Assembly (NCBI GenBank): GCA_950097015.1
Contig: CATNEN010000038.1
Coordinates: 27,094,001-27,158,000 of the forward strand
Direction of reading: 5' to 3'
From: Macrostomum hystrix
Taxonomy: Eukaryota; Animalia; Platyhelminthes
DNA: 64,000 nt
In this document: piece after piece, positions 1 to 12,019 of the stretch
Layout of the letters: every line of letters begins with the position of its first letter
Numbering within the stretch: position 1 is the stretch's first letter
The notes under the pieces: generated by a model
What the model saw: the letters and a program-made list of their open reading frames with translations, nothing else
Databases searched by the model: none
Told to the model about the DNA's origin: nothing
Program-made: the position numbers and the translations under genes

Positions 1-470
1 TTACCTGAAGTTTGACCTAACCGATATTAAATTTACCTGAAGTTTGACCTAACCGAAATTAAATTTACCTGAAGTTTGACCTAACCGATATTAAATTCAT
101 CTGAAGTATGGCCTAACCGATATTAAATTTACCTGAAGTTTGACCTAACCGAAATTAAATTTACCTGAAGTTTGACCTAACCGAAATTAAATTTACCTGA
201 AGTTTGACCTAACCAATATTAAATTTACCTGAAGTTTGACCTAACCGAAATTAAATTTACCTGAAGTTTGACCTAACCGAAATTAAATTTACCTGAAGTT
301 TGACCTAACCGATATTAAATTTACCTGAAGTTTGACCTAACCGAAATTAAATTTACCTGAAGTTTGACCTAACCGATATTAAATTTACCTGAAGTTTGAC
401 CTAACCGAAATTAAATTTACCTGAAGTTTGACTTTATCGAAATTTTATCCGCCTGATGTTTGACCTTAAT
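1..470. repeat. 32-bp minisatellite in DnaJA intron (ttacctgaagtttgacctaaccgaWattaaat), ~14 copies, continues past the window edge
   Basis: Direct tandem repetition with period 32 (positions 1, 33, 65...), degenerating after ~430. Confidence 0.95.
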
Positions 471-674
471 TGCAGCTACATATAGTTTGACCGAAATGAT
501 TTGTAGTACCTGAAGTTTGATCCAATCGAAACAATATATAACTGCTTTAAGAGCTTGTAAAAGTTCAACTGAAATTTAAATTCGATACTTTCGGTAAAAC
601 GTCAGGTAAACCTTATCAAAGTTGTTTGTAGATGCAGTTAGACTGAAGTAGTCTATTCAAAAATTAAAACAAAC

Positions 675-1607
675 CTTGCGTCCTTCGCACTTCTTGCAGC
701 GATCCTTGGCGTTGATGACCTCGCCTTGGCCCTGGCAGGTGCGGCAGACAGTTTGAATCTGTTGCACCATACCCGGAGCCAGCTGGCGCAGGTGGACCTC
801 CATGCCGGAGCCGCGACAATTCGTGCACGCCTGAACAGCGCCAGCTTTGCCGCCGCGACCTTCGCACTTGTCGCAGACGACATTCTTTTGCACGGCCAGC
901 TTCCGGGTGGCGCCGTTGTAGAGCTCTTCGAGAGTGACGCCTAGCTGGTGAACGACATCCTTGCCGCGTCTGGGACCGCGCTGCCGGCTGCCGCCAAAGA
1001 ACATGTCGAAGATGTCCATCGGGTTGTGAAAGCTAAAGCCTTCGCCTGGCATGCCCTCCTTCAGGGCCTGAATTATAATGTTTTAGTGGATAAAATTAAT
1101 TGCAAAACTTTGGATAAGTTGTTTTAAAATAGGGAATTCTACCATAGGCAATGCATTACTTGATTTTGAAACTCCAAAAAACAGGGAATTCCTTGACTTC
1201 AAAATTCTAAAAAAACAGAATTCCTTGACGGTTAGGTTTCTCCGCAAAAATTCCTTGACCTTAAGATTCTTTAAAAAACTAAGAATTTTAAAGATTTCAC
1301 AAAATTAAAGGAGTTCCCAAAACTGAGAAATAAAAAGTACCTAAATAAAAAATCCACAGAAAGCTTAAATTTATGAAAAAAAATCCGTGGCACTGACCTG
1401 CTCGCCGCCCTCATCATAAATCTTCCTCTTCTTGGGATCAGACAACACCTCGAACGCCATGGCAATCTCCTTGAATTTGTCGCCGGCCTCTGGATTCTTA
1501 TCGGGGTGATACTTAAGTGCCAATTTTCTGTAGGCCTTTTTAAGCTCCTGCTCTGAAGCTGTGGGACTGACACCCAACAAGTCGTAGAACTTCATTTCCT
1601 TCACCAT
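675..1607 (-). CDS. DNAJA1: DnaJ/Hsp40 subfamily A (DNAJA1-like), partial: coding exons 1398-1607 and 675-1067; further exons lie left of the window
   Basis: J-domain with HPD motif ([11 protein letters not shown]), G/F region ([10 protein letters not shown]), four CxxCxGxG-type zinc-finger repeats; GT-AG intron 1068-1397 in phase 0; donor AAG|GTTTGT at 675. Likely 5'UTR acceptor TTTCAG at 1730 and exon-1 donor AG|GTAAGT at 3667. Confidence 0.93.
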
Positions 1608-2904
1608 TTTTGATTGCTTGCTATTTATTTAAATTGATGAAATATTAAAATTGAAACAGTACTCTTCTGCTTGGTTTATTTATCACAGAGTTCAAGTGGG
1701 TTTGTTTAAAAAGCCTGTTTGTCTTGCACCTGAAATGGAAAATGTTTTAAAATTGAAAAAACGACACATATTTTTCTTCAGATTAATTATCTAATTAGGA
1801 TTTCTTGCAAAAAACTTTACAGCCATTAGCCTATCTTTTCAGCAGTGGTACTTAAAAAATTGCTTCTTGGTTTACAAGCTAATTTGAGCTTTTAGCTGGC
1901 TGGCCACTTATCAATACAAACTTATTACTGCACTTCTAAAATAATTATAACTAACATTATTAAATAGGTTTAATGTAAAAGAAAAATTACTGCAAGGCTG
2001 TATCCACCTATTATTTCAAAGACACTAATTTAATTTGCCTAAAAAACAACTTTAATCCATCACAGAACCTATACATTCTGTATTTAACTATACCTATAGA
2101 CAAACCAGCTAACTTGTCATAAGCATAAGCATATATTGTGTAGTTTCTACTAGTTTAGAACTAGTTTTAAACTTTCCAATTTTTCTAAACTTTTCATTTT
2201 TTTTGTTTTGAAATTAGTTTTTAGTTTCATTCACAGAAAACTTTCCTACAGTTTTGGAAAGATTTTAAAAAGATACCATCACAAAGGCACTCTGGTATAC
2301 CATACTCAGGAAGGTGGCCTGTACACCGGAGTTTTCCGGCTTTATTTATTTAGTTTAATTGTTGCAATAATCATATTAATTTTCTGATTGTATATCTTCA
2401 TCTTTTAATCTACTAATTGTAAATTATAATTGCCTTGAAACATCTTTAATCAATCAATCATCTCATTTGTCTGTTAAAAAACTTTTCTAAGATTTTTATT
2501 AAAAAAAATTTGTTAAAATACTTTGTTTCAACCAAATGACCTTTTTTGAGTGGCATGCAATTTCAGTTTTCTGATGCGCACTGTGTGTGCAATCAGCCAC
2601 CACTAAAATTTCATTCTGGCATGTACCTGCCGCTGCCATCTTGTTGAGTATGGCTGGTATACAGAGTATGGTCAGCATGATCAGCACTATGGGTTTTCTA
2701 CTTCTCAGCAAGGCTTTTTGTATCCCTAAAAATTATGATTTTATAATAATTGTAAATTGACCTCAACATTTTATTTTAAAGGAAAGAATAATATAGCAAA
2801 ATAACAATTCTAGGTTGCTTGCCAATATAATGATTAGCTAACTTAATTGTTAACTTAAATTTTGGCAGTCCTGAAGATTCCCACATTAATTTATTTCACA
2901 TGCT

Positions 2905-3240
2905 TTTACAGAACTTTAGGGGTAGATAAGTATGGGGCAAAGGAAGATCTTGCAGATTGACTGTTGTCAGCGACAAGTCTTGCAGCTCTAGCAGACACCA
3001 TCCATGACCACATAGTCTAGACCAGCCTGCCTTTGGAATGACAGGCATGTTGGAGCAGTGCTCACAGTTCCTGCTGTTTCACAGAAGCCCATACTTGGCC
3101 AGCCACTGGATGCCTGTCCCACCAGTTAGTGCTGTCAATTCACAATGGTTGATGCTGAGTTCAGCTAGTTCAATGACAATAGTTGGTCAAACTTCTTGAG
3201 GATCCACTATTTTCCTGGGTGCTGGAGGTCGCCCTGCCAT
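2905..3240 (-). pseudogene. Decayed Merlin/IS1016 (ISXO2-like) transposase N-terminal fragment in the DnaJ 5'UTR intron
   Basis: Manual translation through stops and frameshifts: GIQWLAKYGLL*NSRNCEHC...MDGVC*SCKTCR*QQSI...SFAHTYLPLK, resembling the W-L-xx-GLL..CxxC..DG..WxCxxC..SIR..SFF..LPL pattern recalled for eukaryotic IS1595-family transposases. Confidence 0.5.
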
Positions 3241-3842
3241 GATTCCATGGCTGGAATGTGCATAAAAGCTTGTGAAATAAATTAACACAGTAGTCTTCTG
3301 GATTGTCAAATTTTTAATTAACAGGTTGGACAGCAAAATGTAAACAAATGATTACAAAAATTATTGTAGGAAACTGATCGAAAGGATAGGCCTAAGCATA
3401 AATTTAGCTAACAAGTTAGGTTTTTTTTAGGAAAATTGTAACAAATGAATAATGATATGCCTAGTTTAGCTAGTTGTTATACATTATTATTTATATTATT
3501 ATAAGACAATGTCAAAACACGTCTATTAAGCAGTTAAAGAACAATAAGACCACACATTTGTATTAATCTTAAACTGCTCACGCATGAGCTAAACTCAAAA
3601 ACGTTGAAACGTTTTAGAGAAGTGAAGAAATATATTTTAAATCGACTAAAATAGCTCGCTAACTTACCTTACTTAACTCTTAAAGTTGAAGGATTTTTAG
3701 ACTAGAAAACTTGCTCAAAATATAGGTATAGGTATAATGTAGGTATAATGGCTAGCTATTAGTTTTCTTACACAGTGTACAAATGTTAGGGCCTAATATG
3801 TGAGGTACGACAAAAAGAGCAAAATAAGGATTTGTAGACAAA

Positions 3843-3857
3843 TTTCTAGAAAATTCT
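3843..3857. promoter_or_regulatory. Heat-shock element upstream of DnaJA exon 1
   Basis: tTTCtaGAAaaTTCt = three alternating nGAAn units ~180 bp upstream of the exon-1 donor of an Hsp40 gene; a second perfect 3-unit HSE lies at 5327-5339. Confidence 0.75.
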
Positions 3858-5605
3858 CTGTAAAAGCGCCAGCTTTACATTGCAAGTAAACTTTCTAAGA
3901 AAAAAGTCAAAAAGTTAAACAAAATACTGCCTACTTGTTGAATTATTGGTACAAAACGTATATTATTTATTTGTAATTTCAAACTTCCAAACAATTGAAA
4001 CGATTTTTCTGCAAAATAACACAGGCCAGATACATCGTTTTTTCGTGAAGAAAGTTTTTTTTCTATATTATCAACTTCAAGAATAAATATACATTACGTT
4101 AAAGTAATTTAAAACATTGGCCCCTTGTACATAGAATGCGCATCCCAAATGCTGAAACTTAACTACTTAAGGCAAAAAATCACACTGCCGAGATAATAAC
4201 TATGAGAACTGATAAAACCACATTCCGAAAGCTTTATATTAAGGTCTAGTCCCAACTGTTTTTACGGCCCTAATTGTTAAATACTTTTAAATGATCGGAT
4301 TTCCGATTTATCATTTGATGATTTGGCTTAACTGTTGTTAAGTTGATGCCCTAAGAGAGGATAAGATTTGAAATTAAATTTACTAGGATGGATTTTTTAG
4401 TAAGTAATAAGCCTACCATGCAAAAATGAGCCTCCTCGCAGTAGTAGACCGACTCGATTCGGCAAAGTTTTAACGGTATTAAGTGTGGGTGCCAACATTC
4501 CTATCCGGGATGCTGGACCCGTGCTTCAGCTTACGCTCTTGCAACTTTTTCATTTTATTTGTAGACGATGGTGTGCGATATAATTTATAAAAATTTTCGG
4601 CAAAGTTTTAACTTACAAATTACGCCTCTCCTAGTAACTATTGTTTTAGCTAAGGGGGCACGAAATCATTTCAGTATTGGCCAAATGTACCCTACTGCAA
4701 GTACTCGATGCTGGGTAGGAGCAGACAAAAATTATTCAGATATGGTGCGCGGCGCAACCGCGACGCAAGTTTAAATATGCATACATTTTTGTTTACATAA
4801 ATGATTCTGCGATGCATATTTCTAAATATTGAATATATTCAGGATTTAGGTAGTGGCATGCTATATTTCTGTTATTTGTTTGTAAATGAAATTTTCGCGC
4901 AAGTCATAGCCTACTATTCAAATATTCGAAATTATTTTTGCACCCCTGAGGTGCCCGAATACATGTGAAGTGCAGAATAACAATAAATACGAGGGTACAA
5001 CATACATTTTCAATCCATAGCTGCAGGACACCATTTTTGTTATATTTTTGGTTAACTTTTTAGGGATATGACGGCGTAATTATGGTATCGCACCTTTCTG
5101 TCATTTAATATCGTACGAAACATAGTTATTGTTAGGGAAGACGTTTTTAGGAAAGAAATTATGAGCAAACTGGTAGAAAGTTATAGGTCAGCACCATCAT
5201 ATATACACTTAGCTACGTTTTTAAACTTCCACCCTCACGCGGGCGCAAAAATAGGTCGTAAATTATATTTTGCTGGTCAGTTTTTTGCCATGCAATCAAT
5301 TTTAGGTCATAGGTCATAGACAGATGTTCCAGAAGTTTCAAAGACTGTGATAACCCTCCATCAAATCATTATATAATATGGTGTATCATAAATTCATGCG
5401 CATTTTCTATGCCAAAACATGTACTTTGAGTGAATCTTAATTCTCTTTTTTGGCCTCCGCTTGAGGTTCGAAACGTTTTTCTGTTGCTGAGTCTATGCTA
5501 CGGGTAGCACGATGCTAGGCAGAAATTAGATATAGGCACAGAAATTTGTCATGAATTTTTGTCAAAGCAACCCAAGTATTCCTTCATGACTATAATACCC
5601 TCATT

Positions 5606-8600
5606 TCAGTCTTCAGTGGCAGTAGTATTTGCGAACCTCATTGGCTTGGACGATTTGCGTTTAGATGTCGATTTTGACGCCGACTTTGTTGTTCGCTCCT
5701 GCAGACTCGAAGCAGGCCTGAAATTGTAATTTGTTTTGTTTAACCGCATTGCATGTGGAAAACCGTTAGAAAGCGTTTAAAGTGAAGGTTTATGTGTTTA
5801 GAGTTTAAATCCCAATCAAATTTAAACAAATTGCGTTCTTGTCCAAGACTTAATTCCACTATAATTCAATTCAACCAGCACTAAATGGGTACCGACTACA
5901 GACATTAGCTGGGGTAGTGGACATTGCGAAAAGTAAAAATATTACCTTGCTTCAACGAACTGACATTGCTGATCTAGTTTCCCGGTCAGATCCAAGCATT
6001 CGATGCTTTGATTATCATCCGAATTCGATTGGCGCAATTCTGTTACGCAATCAACTCGCTGATTGTCAAACCATGATTTTGAGACATCCTTCGAGTCCTG
6101 AGCATTCGATGGGGACTCGGGTAGGCACGAACGAAGGCCATTGTTTGGAAGCTGCTGTCGCCAGGACTTAACAGGTTTAGCTAGCAACGATGGTTCTGTT
6201 GTTCATGTTAACAATAATAATAAAATTAAGTGCAGGAGGGCTTCAGGCAATGGCAATAATTTGGTGACACTAGACCCGCAGCCAGCGTGGAGGCCGTTCA
6301 CCCGTTTCGCTGACTCAACACGCACACACAGATACCGTTGGCAGGCACACGCTCACACACAGGTGTGTACCTGCACCCTGACTTTTTCATTATCAGGCAG
6401 TACCCTTTCACTGTGACTTGGAGGTTGGCCCCAAATGAATGTGGCCTCGCCGCGGAATCGAGCTCAGGGACCTTGGTGCGAGTGAAAACGCGTTAGGCCG
6501 CTCTGCCACTCACCCCCGATGTCGATGTGAAATATTTATCATTTTTTTAATAACTTATTCTTTGACAAATAAAATTTACTTCGAGAGTAAATCTCACCAT
6601 AATTCTTGTCGGAGTTAAGAGCTCCAGTCGAAAGCTTAAACTCTTCTGTGTCAAGGTCTGCTGCTGTCCTTAGCTGCTTCACTGCTTGTTGGAAAACATG
6701 CAGATTGGCTGCACTTTCTCGTCTCTTCCTTGCTATCTGTTTTGAAGAATTTTTGTTTCTTTTGTTTTTTTGTTAATGTAGAACCGTTTCACAATACTTA
6801 TACGACAACGAAAAGACAATCAAATTCGGCCCTCGAAGTTCGTGATAATATCTCACCGTTGAATACCTAGCTAGACAGTCTCGCCTGTCGCTCTCCTGTA
6901 GGTGCTGCTGTCTAGGCAGCGATGCTGGCGTTGCTACCGCCGCTGCCATCATGGCTTCTCGAGCTTCTTGTAGAATGCGACAGATTCTTGCCTCGCTGCT
7001 AGAGGCCTCGTCATCGTCTAACGGCACGGTTTTAGCGACAGCTTCCGCTGCTACAGCGGGGACGACGATTGCTTGTGAAGATGACGACTGAGTTTGACGT
7101 TTTGTCGAATCTGCCCCTGTGGTCTGGTTGGCACGACTACTTCGGCCTGTACAGATAGTGCATGCAGAAATGGAACAGGAAATCATTGTCGGAGGACAAA
7201 AAAAGACCTTTTTAAAGGCTGAACGGCAAAAACCCATTGTAGCTACCGTTGGCAGGTACCAGCTTTCTAGCTGGAATCAGTTCTCCCAGCGCCTTAGCAT
7301 TGCCTCCGTTGGATGCCCAGGTCAACATTCTTCTGTAGCTGTCGCGACCCTTCGCTGTCAGCTTGCTCCAAGGCTTTGGCTTGCTCAGCATCTCCGACAC
7401 CGTGCCCTGCGACAAGCCGAGGACGTTTCTGCGTGACGGAATCATCAGGGAGGGATAGCAGGTGAGCTGAAGGATCAGGGAGGGATGGCAGGTGAGCTGA
7501 AGGATCAGGGAGGGATGGCAGGTGAGCTGAAGGATCAGGGAGGGATGGCAGGTGAGCTGAAGGATCAGGGAGGGATGGCAGGTGAGCTGAAGGATCAGGG
7601 AGGGATGGCAGGTGAGCTGAAGGATCAGGGAGGGATGGCAGGTGAGCTGAAGGATCAGGGAGGGATGGCAGGTGAGCTGAAGGATCATGGAGGGATGGCA
7701 GGTGAGCTGAAGGATCATGGAGGGATGGCAGGTGAGCTGAAGGATCAGGGAGGGATGGCAGGTGAGCTATTGGACGAAATTCAATCAAAAGTCTCACCGG
7801 GCGAACAGCCTCTGTCCGATTCCGTGTCGCAAAAGAATTTCTCTAACATTCCTAGAAATTTGCTCAGTGTCAGGCATCATAGTATCAAATTTCAGTCTGA
7901 CCGATTTCTCGCTACATTTAAGCTCGCTCGGCTTCTGCTGACATCCGATGTCAAGAGGCTGTTGAATGTCAGGCTGGCATGTATTGAATTCCGCTGAGGA
8001 ACTGGTAGAATGACTGAAAAAGAATTGGGTAATTTCGTAGCTGAAATTTTGAGCAGAGAAAAGTTGTTTCGAATTCATGCAACAGCAAAGTAAAGTCGAA
8101 CCATTTTGAAAACTCCTGCTGCTTTGATAGCACCGCGACCGATTCCTTTCCTGTAGCAATGCCCTTCGATTGCTCTATTGTCAAATCTATGGCACTTTCT
8201 TCCCAGTGCTGTTGGCTTGTTGGCAGGTGGCTTGTTGGCTGTAGGCTGGAGATGAAGATGGGATTGGGAAATGAAGATGGGATTCGGATATCAAGATGGG
8301 ATAGGGAGATGAAGATGGGATTGGGAGATGAAGATGGGATTGGGAGATGAAGATGGGATTGGGAGATGAAGATGGGATTCGGAAATGAAGATGGGATTTG
8401 GAAATGAAGATGGGATTTGGAGATGAAGATGGGATAGGATGATGAAGATGGGATTGGGAGATGAAGATGGGATTTGGAGATGAAGATGGGATAGGGTGAT
8501 GAAGATGGAATTGGGAGATGAAGATGGGATAGGGAGATGAAGATGGGATAGAGAGATAAAGATGGGATTGGGGGATGAAGATGGGGTTGGAAGATGAAGA

Positions 8601-9217
8601 TGGGATTTGGAGATGAAGATGGGATAGGGTGATGAAGAAAAGATTGGGAGATGAAGATGGGATAGGGAGATGAAGATGGGATAGGGAGATGAAGATGGGA
8701 TAGGGAGATGAAGATGGGATAGGGAGATGAAGATGGGATTGGGAGATGAAGATGGGATTGGGAGATTAAATGGGAGATGAAAACTGGAGCGCTCCCACTG
8801 AACAACAATCTATTATTCTCACCTTGAACATCGGCATCTGTCGGACAGGTGATGTTGCGCGAGTTGAATTTTCAGAAGTCGAATAGTTTCATCCCTCTGT
8901 GAAATCTGAGTGCGCAGTCGATGCAGCTGTTTGATTCGAGATTGAGAATAGGTTCAAGACTGCGGATGGCTGTGTAATTTCAGTTTGGCTCTATCTGTTA
9001 CAAATCGGTTTATAATCTCACCTTCAATTGGACAGTCTCTTTCAATGCCACAACCGCTTCCGTCAGCTGATCGATCTAAAGTTTTGTCAGTTTTGTAACG
9101 CCTGTAGCGAATTATTTTGAAGGATGCAAATTGCACTATTGACTAAGTAGGCCTTACACCTGTTTTGTCAGCTAAATTTGCAACGGCGTGGGGCTTTGCA
9201 TCCGAAGAATGATCCAT
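5606..9217 (-). CDS. CUT-domain protein (CUX/cut-like) with one CUT domain and no homeodomain, ~516 aa. Exons 9158-9217, 9022-9075, 8823-8926, 8102-8245, 7798-8013, 7247-7428, 6857-7146, 6598-6736, 5946-6195, 5606-5717
   Basis: CUT domain split by intron 7429-7797: [25 protein letters not shown]|[37 protein letters not shown]. All ten exons join by GT-AG in consistent phase without stops (1551 nt). The three 5' exons are less certain. Confidence 0.8.
6212..6517 (-). mobile_element. tRNA-derived SINE family B (internally deleted copy) in a CUT gene intron
   Basis: A box (TGGCAGAGCGG), B box (GCTCGATTCC), (ATT)n tail; homologous to 47478-47845. Confidence 0.85.
7440..7768. repeat. 30-bp minisatellite (ggcaggtgagctgaaggatcagggagggat) x~11 filling the intron that splits the CUT domain
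   Basis: Near-perfect tandem copies. Confidence 0.95.
8248..8782. repeat. 18-bp purine-rich minisatellite (gggagatgaagatgggat) in a CUT gene intron
   Basis: Tandem copies abutting the acceptor at 8246. Confidence 0.9.
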
Positions 9218-9382
9218 CGAATCCTTTTGATCCTTTTACAAGTCTATCAGACTGAGCTGTCAAAATTAAAGTGAGAAACTTTTAAAGCAAAGAACTAAAA
9301 AAATAGATAATTTTTGTTAAGGACCAACCTAGACACCTCGGTAGTTGTCAAAAATACAGGATGTCCTTGGTGGAGTGTGGAG

Positions 9383-9700
9383 ATAATAATAATATTAATA
9401 ATAATAATTGATCACACCTGCCCTAATCGGATCAGATGTGCAGCCGACAGCACAGCCGCAGCTATTGCGCGGCGCATCTGAAGGCTGCGTACGGCTGTTC
9501 AGTCCATGGACTGGGGGGACGCCACACCCACCTTCAATTATCCCAGCTAATGCTGGTACCCATTTAACAGCTGGGTGAACTGAAGCAATGCAGAGTTAAG
9601 TGTCTTGCTAAAGGACACAAATTGTTCCAGTGGAGACGGGAATCGAACCCCCGACCTTCAAGTCGTGAGTCCGACGCCCTAACCACTAGGCTACAACCTC
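9383..9700 (-). mobile_element. tRNA-derived CORE-type SINE family A, full length
   Basis: tRNA head (TAGCCTAGTGG A box, GGTTCGATTCC B box); central gtgtcctttagcaagacacttaactctg...cagctgttaaatggg aligns by eye with the MIR/CORE domain; structured 3' part; (ATT)n tail; four copies in window. Confidence 0.85.
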
Positions 9701-9709
9701 TACACCCCA

Positions 9710-10015
9710 TATCAAAGATAAGAAACTGATATGGGGTGTCCATGAACTCAAAGATAAGAAACTGATATGGGGTGTCTATAAACTCGAAGACAAGAAACTG
9801 ATTTGGGGTGTCCATGAACTCGAAGATAAGAAACTGATATGGGGTGTCCATGAACTCGAAGACAAGAAACTGATATGGGGTGTCCATGAACTCAAATATA
9901 AGGAGTTGAGGGTGTCCACCAGAATAAAATATGGAGTTGAGGCTGTCCACCTTCTCAGAAAAGTAACAAAGGGTGTCCCTCGCTTTACAAGACAAGCGCA
10001 GGTGGGTGTCCACCT
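9710..10015. repeat. 36-bp minisatellite (ggggtgtccatgaactcRaagaYaagaaactgatat) and degenerate GGGTGTCCA units
   Basis: About 5 tandem copies followed by decay. Confidence 0.85.
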
Positions 10016-10680
10016 ATTCAAGGATCGGTGGTTGAACGATTCAACGAACTTACAGTACTGAATCTTACCAAATCTCGAGAAGAATTGACTAAATTGTTGC
10101 AGCCTGATTTCCCATAGACTAAGCGGGCAAAAGTATTTCCCGACTGTGATGCGTTGCGCCTGACTTGAAGACCTCCCGTCCAGTGGACGGATATATAATT
10201 GGCAGAGAGGAGAAAATGGCACAAGAGGAAAGAAAGGATCAGTATAAAGTGTAGAGGGGTTAGGAGAAGAAAATTTTTAAAGCCAAAAAGCCACACAACG
10301 CGATTATCTGCTATCGATTTCTTTCCGGCGTTTCCTCCTGTTCAGAAATTTGCTTCTTGTCCTAGAATGTCCGCCAACCCGAAGCTGCTACCGCAGCATG
10401 CCCTGATTGCTTCGACCTTTGCTAGATAATTTCCCCATCCATATTTTAGTGTTCCACATTCAACTTGGCCAGTCTAAGACATGCTGAAACTCGTCTGATC
10501 ATGTTTGCACGGCACACCTTTACTGTTGCCAAACTGATCATTTTTCCCTTTCCGCTCAGATTTTCCCAAGTTTCATTGCATTGCAAGTAAATTGTCCATT
10601 GGTTCATTTTTATTCCTAATCTGAGCGTCTCTTTATGCGAAATCAATTTTTCAGTTTTTTACTGGAATGAACGGCCCATT

Positions 10681-11336
10681 TCACTGTCCTACTCTCAGTG
10701 TCCTACTCATACTGTCCTACTCTCAGTGTCCTACTCTCAGTGTCCTACTCTCAGTGTCCTACTCACACTGTCCTACTCACACTGTCCTACTCACACTGTC
10801 CTACTCACACTGTCCTACTCTCAGTGTCCTACTCTCAGTGTCCTACTCACACTGTCCTACTCTCAGTGTCCTACTCTCAGTGTCCTACTCACACTGTCCT
10901 ACTCTCAGTGTCCTACTCACACTGTCCTATACTCTCAGTATCCTACTCACACTGTCCTACTTTCAGTGTCCTACTCACACTGTCCTACTCACACTGTCCT
11001 ACTCTCAGTGTCCTACTCACACTGTCCTACTTTCAGTGTCCTACTCACACTGTCCTACTCACACTGTCCTACTCTCAGTGTCCTACTCTCAGTGTCCTAC
11101 TCACACTGTCCTACTCTCAGTGTCCTACTCACACTGTCCTACTCTCAGTGTCCTACTCTCAGTGTCCTACTCACACTGTCCTACTATCACTGTCCTACTC
11201 TCAGTGTCCTACTCACACTGTCCTACTATCACTGTCCTACTCTCAGTGTCCTACTCACACTGTCCTACTCTCAGTGTCCTACTCTCAGTGTCCTACTCAC
11301 ACTGTCCTACTCTCAGTGTCCTACTCTCACTGTCCT
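10681..11336. repeat. 14-bp minisatellite with two alternating variants (tgtcctactcacac / tgtcctactctcag)
   Basis: About 46 tandem copies; the ORFs in all three + frames are artefacts. Confidence 0.95.
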
Positions 11337-11343
11337 CTCTCCT

Positions 11344-11508
11344 CGTGCCTTGGAGTTTTGCTCCTAGAGGTCGTAAATTGCGCGACAAGCCTCAAAGCCT
11401 TCTCTCCGTGGCTGCGCCTCAAATGAATGTGGCCTCGCTGCGGCATCGAACTCAGGGACCTTGGTGCGAGAGGAAAACACGTTAGAGTGCTCTGCCACTC
11501 AGCCACCC
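11344..11508 (-). mobile_element. SINE family B, 3'-truncated copy
   Basis: tRNA-like head and ~100 bp of body homologous to 47478-47640. Confidence 0.8.
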
Positions 11509-12019
11509 TATAATTCACTACTTACCTATTATATATTTCAATTTCAAAGAGTGTCTAAATGAATGAATGCTAAGAAAAAAAAATCACGTTCGCGTTTGGT
11601 ACACGTTCTATATAGACTTTCAGACAAGAAAATGTTATTAAAAAATCAATGCAAGTTTTCTGGCTTCCTGGCCCAATCTACATGGATCTGTGCAGTGAAT
11701 GTGCATGCGAAGATAGTTCTGTAGAATCCATTTCAAATTATACAACCTAGTGGTAGTCGATGCATTTACACGGTGGCAACAGAATTCCGTAGCACGAAAA
11801 TATCATTCGCATAAGATTTTGGACACTGCTTGAACACTGTAAAAATGCATGGCCTTTCACTGTATGCAGCTGTTAAGATCGACGCCCCAAATTTGATCGG
11901 CATTTTTTTAATTCAGCAAATCTGTTATAAAACCTTCGAGGTCTTTGGGATAAATAATAACACGGAAACGTTGGATAGGTGAAGTAAAATTGGTTTAGGA
12001 CAATCTGTTTGGGCAATTC

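Noticed and set aside
2270-2710. Intronic snoRNAs in the DnaJ 5'UTR intron
   Set aside because: GC-richer patches are present but no convincing C/D or H/ACA box arrangement
5490-5520. Helitron 3' end (tgcta-cggg-tagca + CTAG)
   Set aside because: Very short hairpin, CTAG followed by G rather than T, and no matching 5' end identified
9625-9700. tRNA genes (also 39138, 47189, 47478, 6445)
   Set aside because: Acceptor stems do not pair well, anticodons vary among copies, and each continues into a shared SINE body and (ATT)n tail
10667-11485. Three overlapping Cys/His-rich ORFs
   Set aside because: Artefact of the 14-bp repeat
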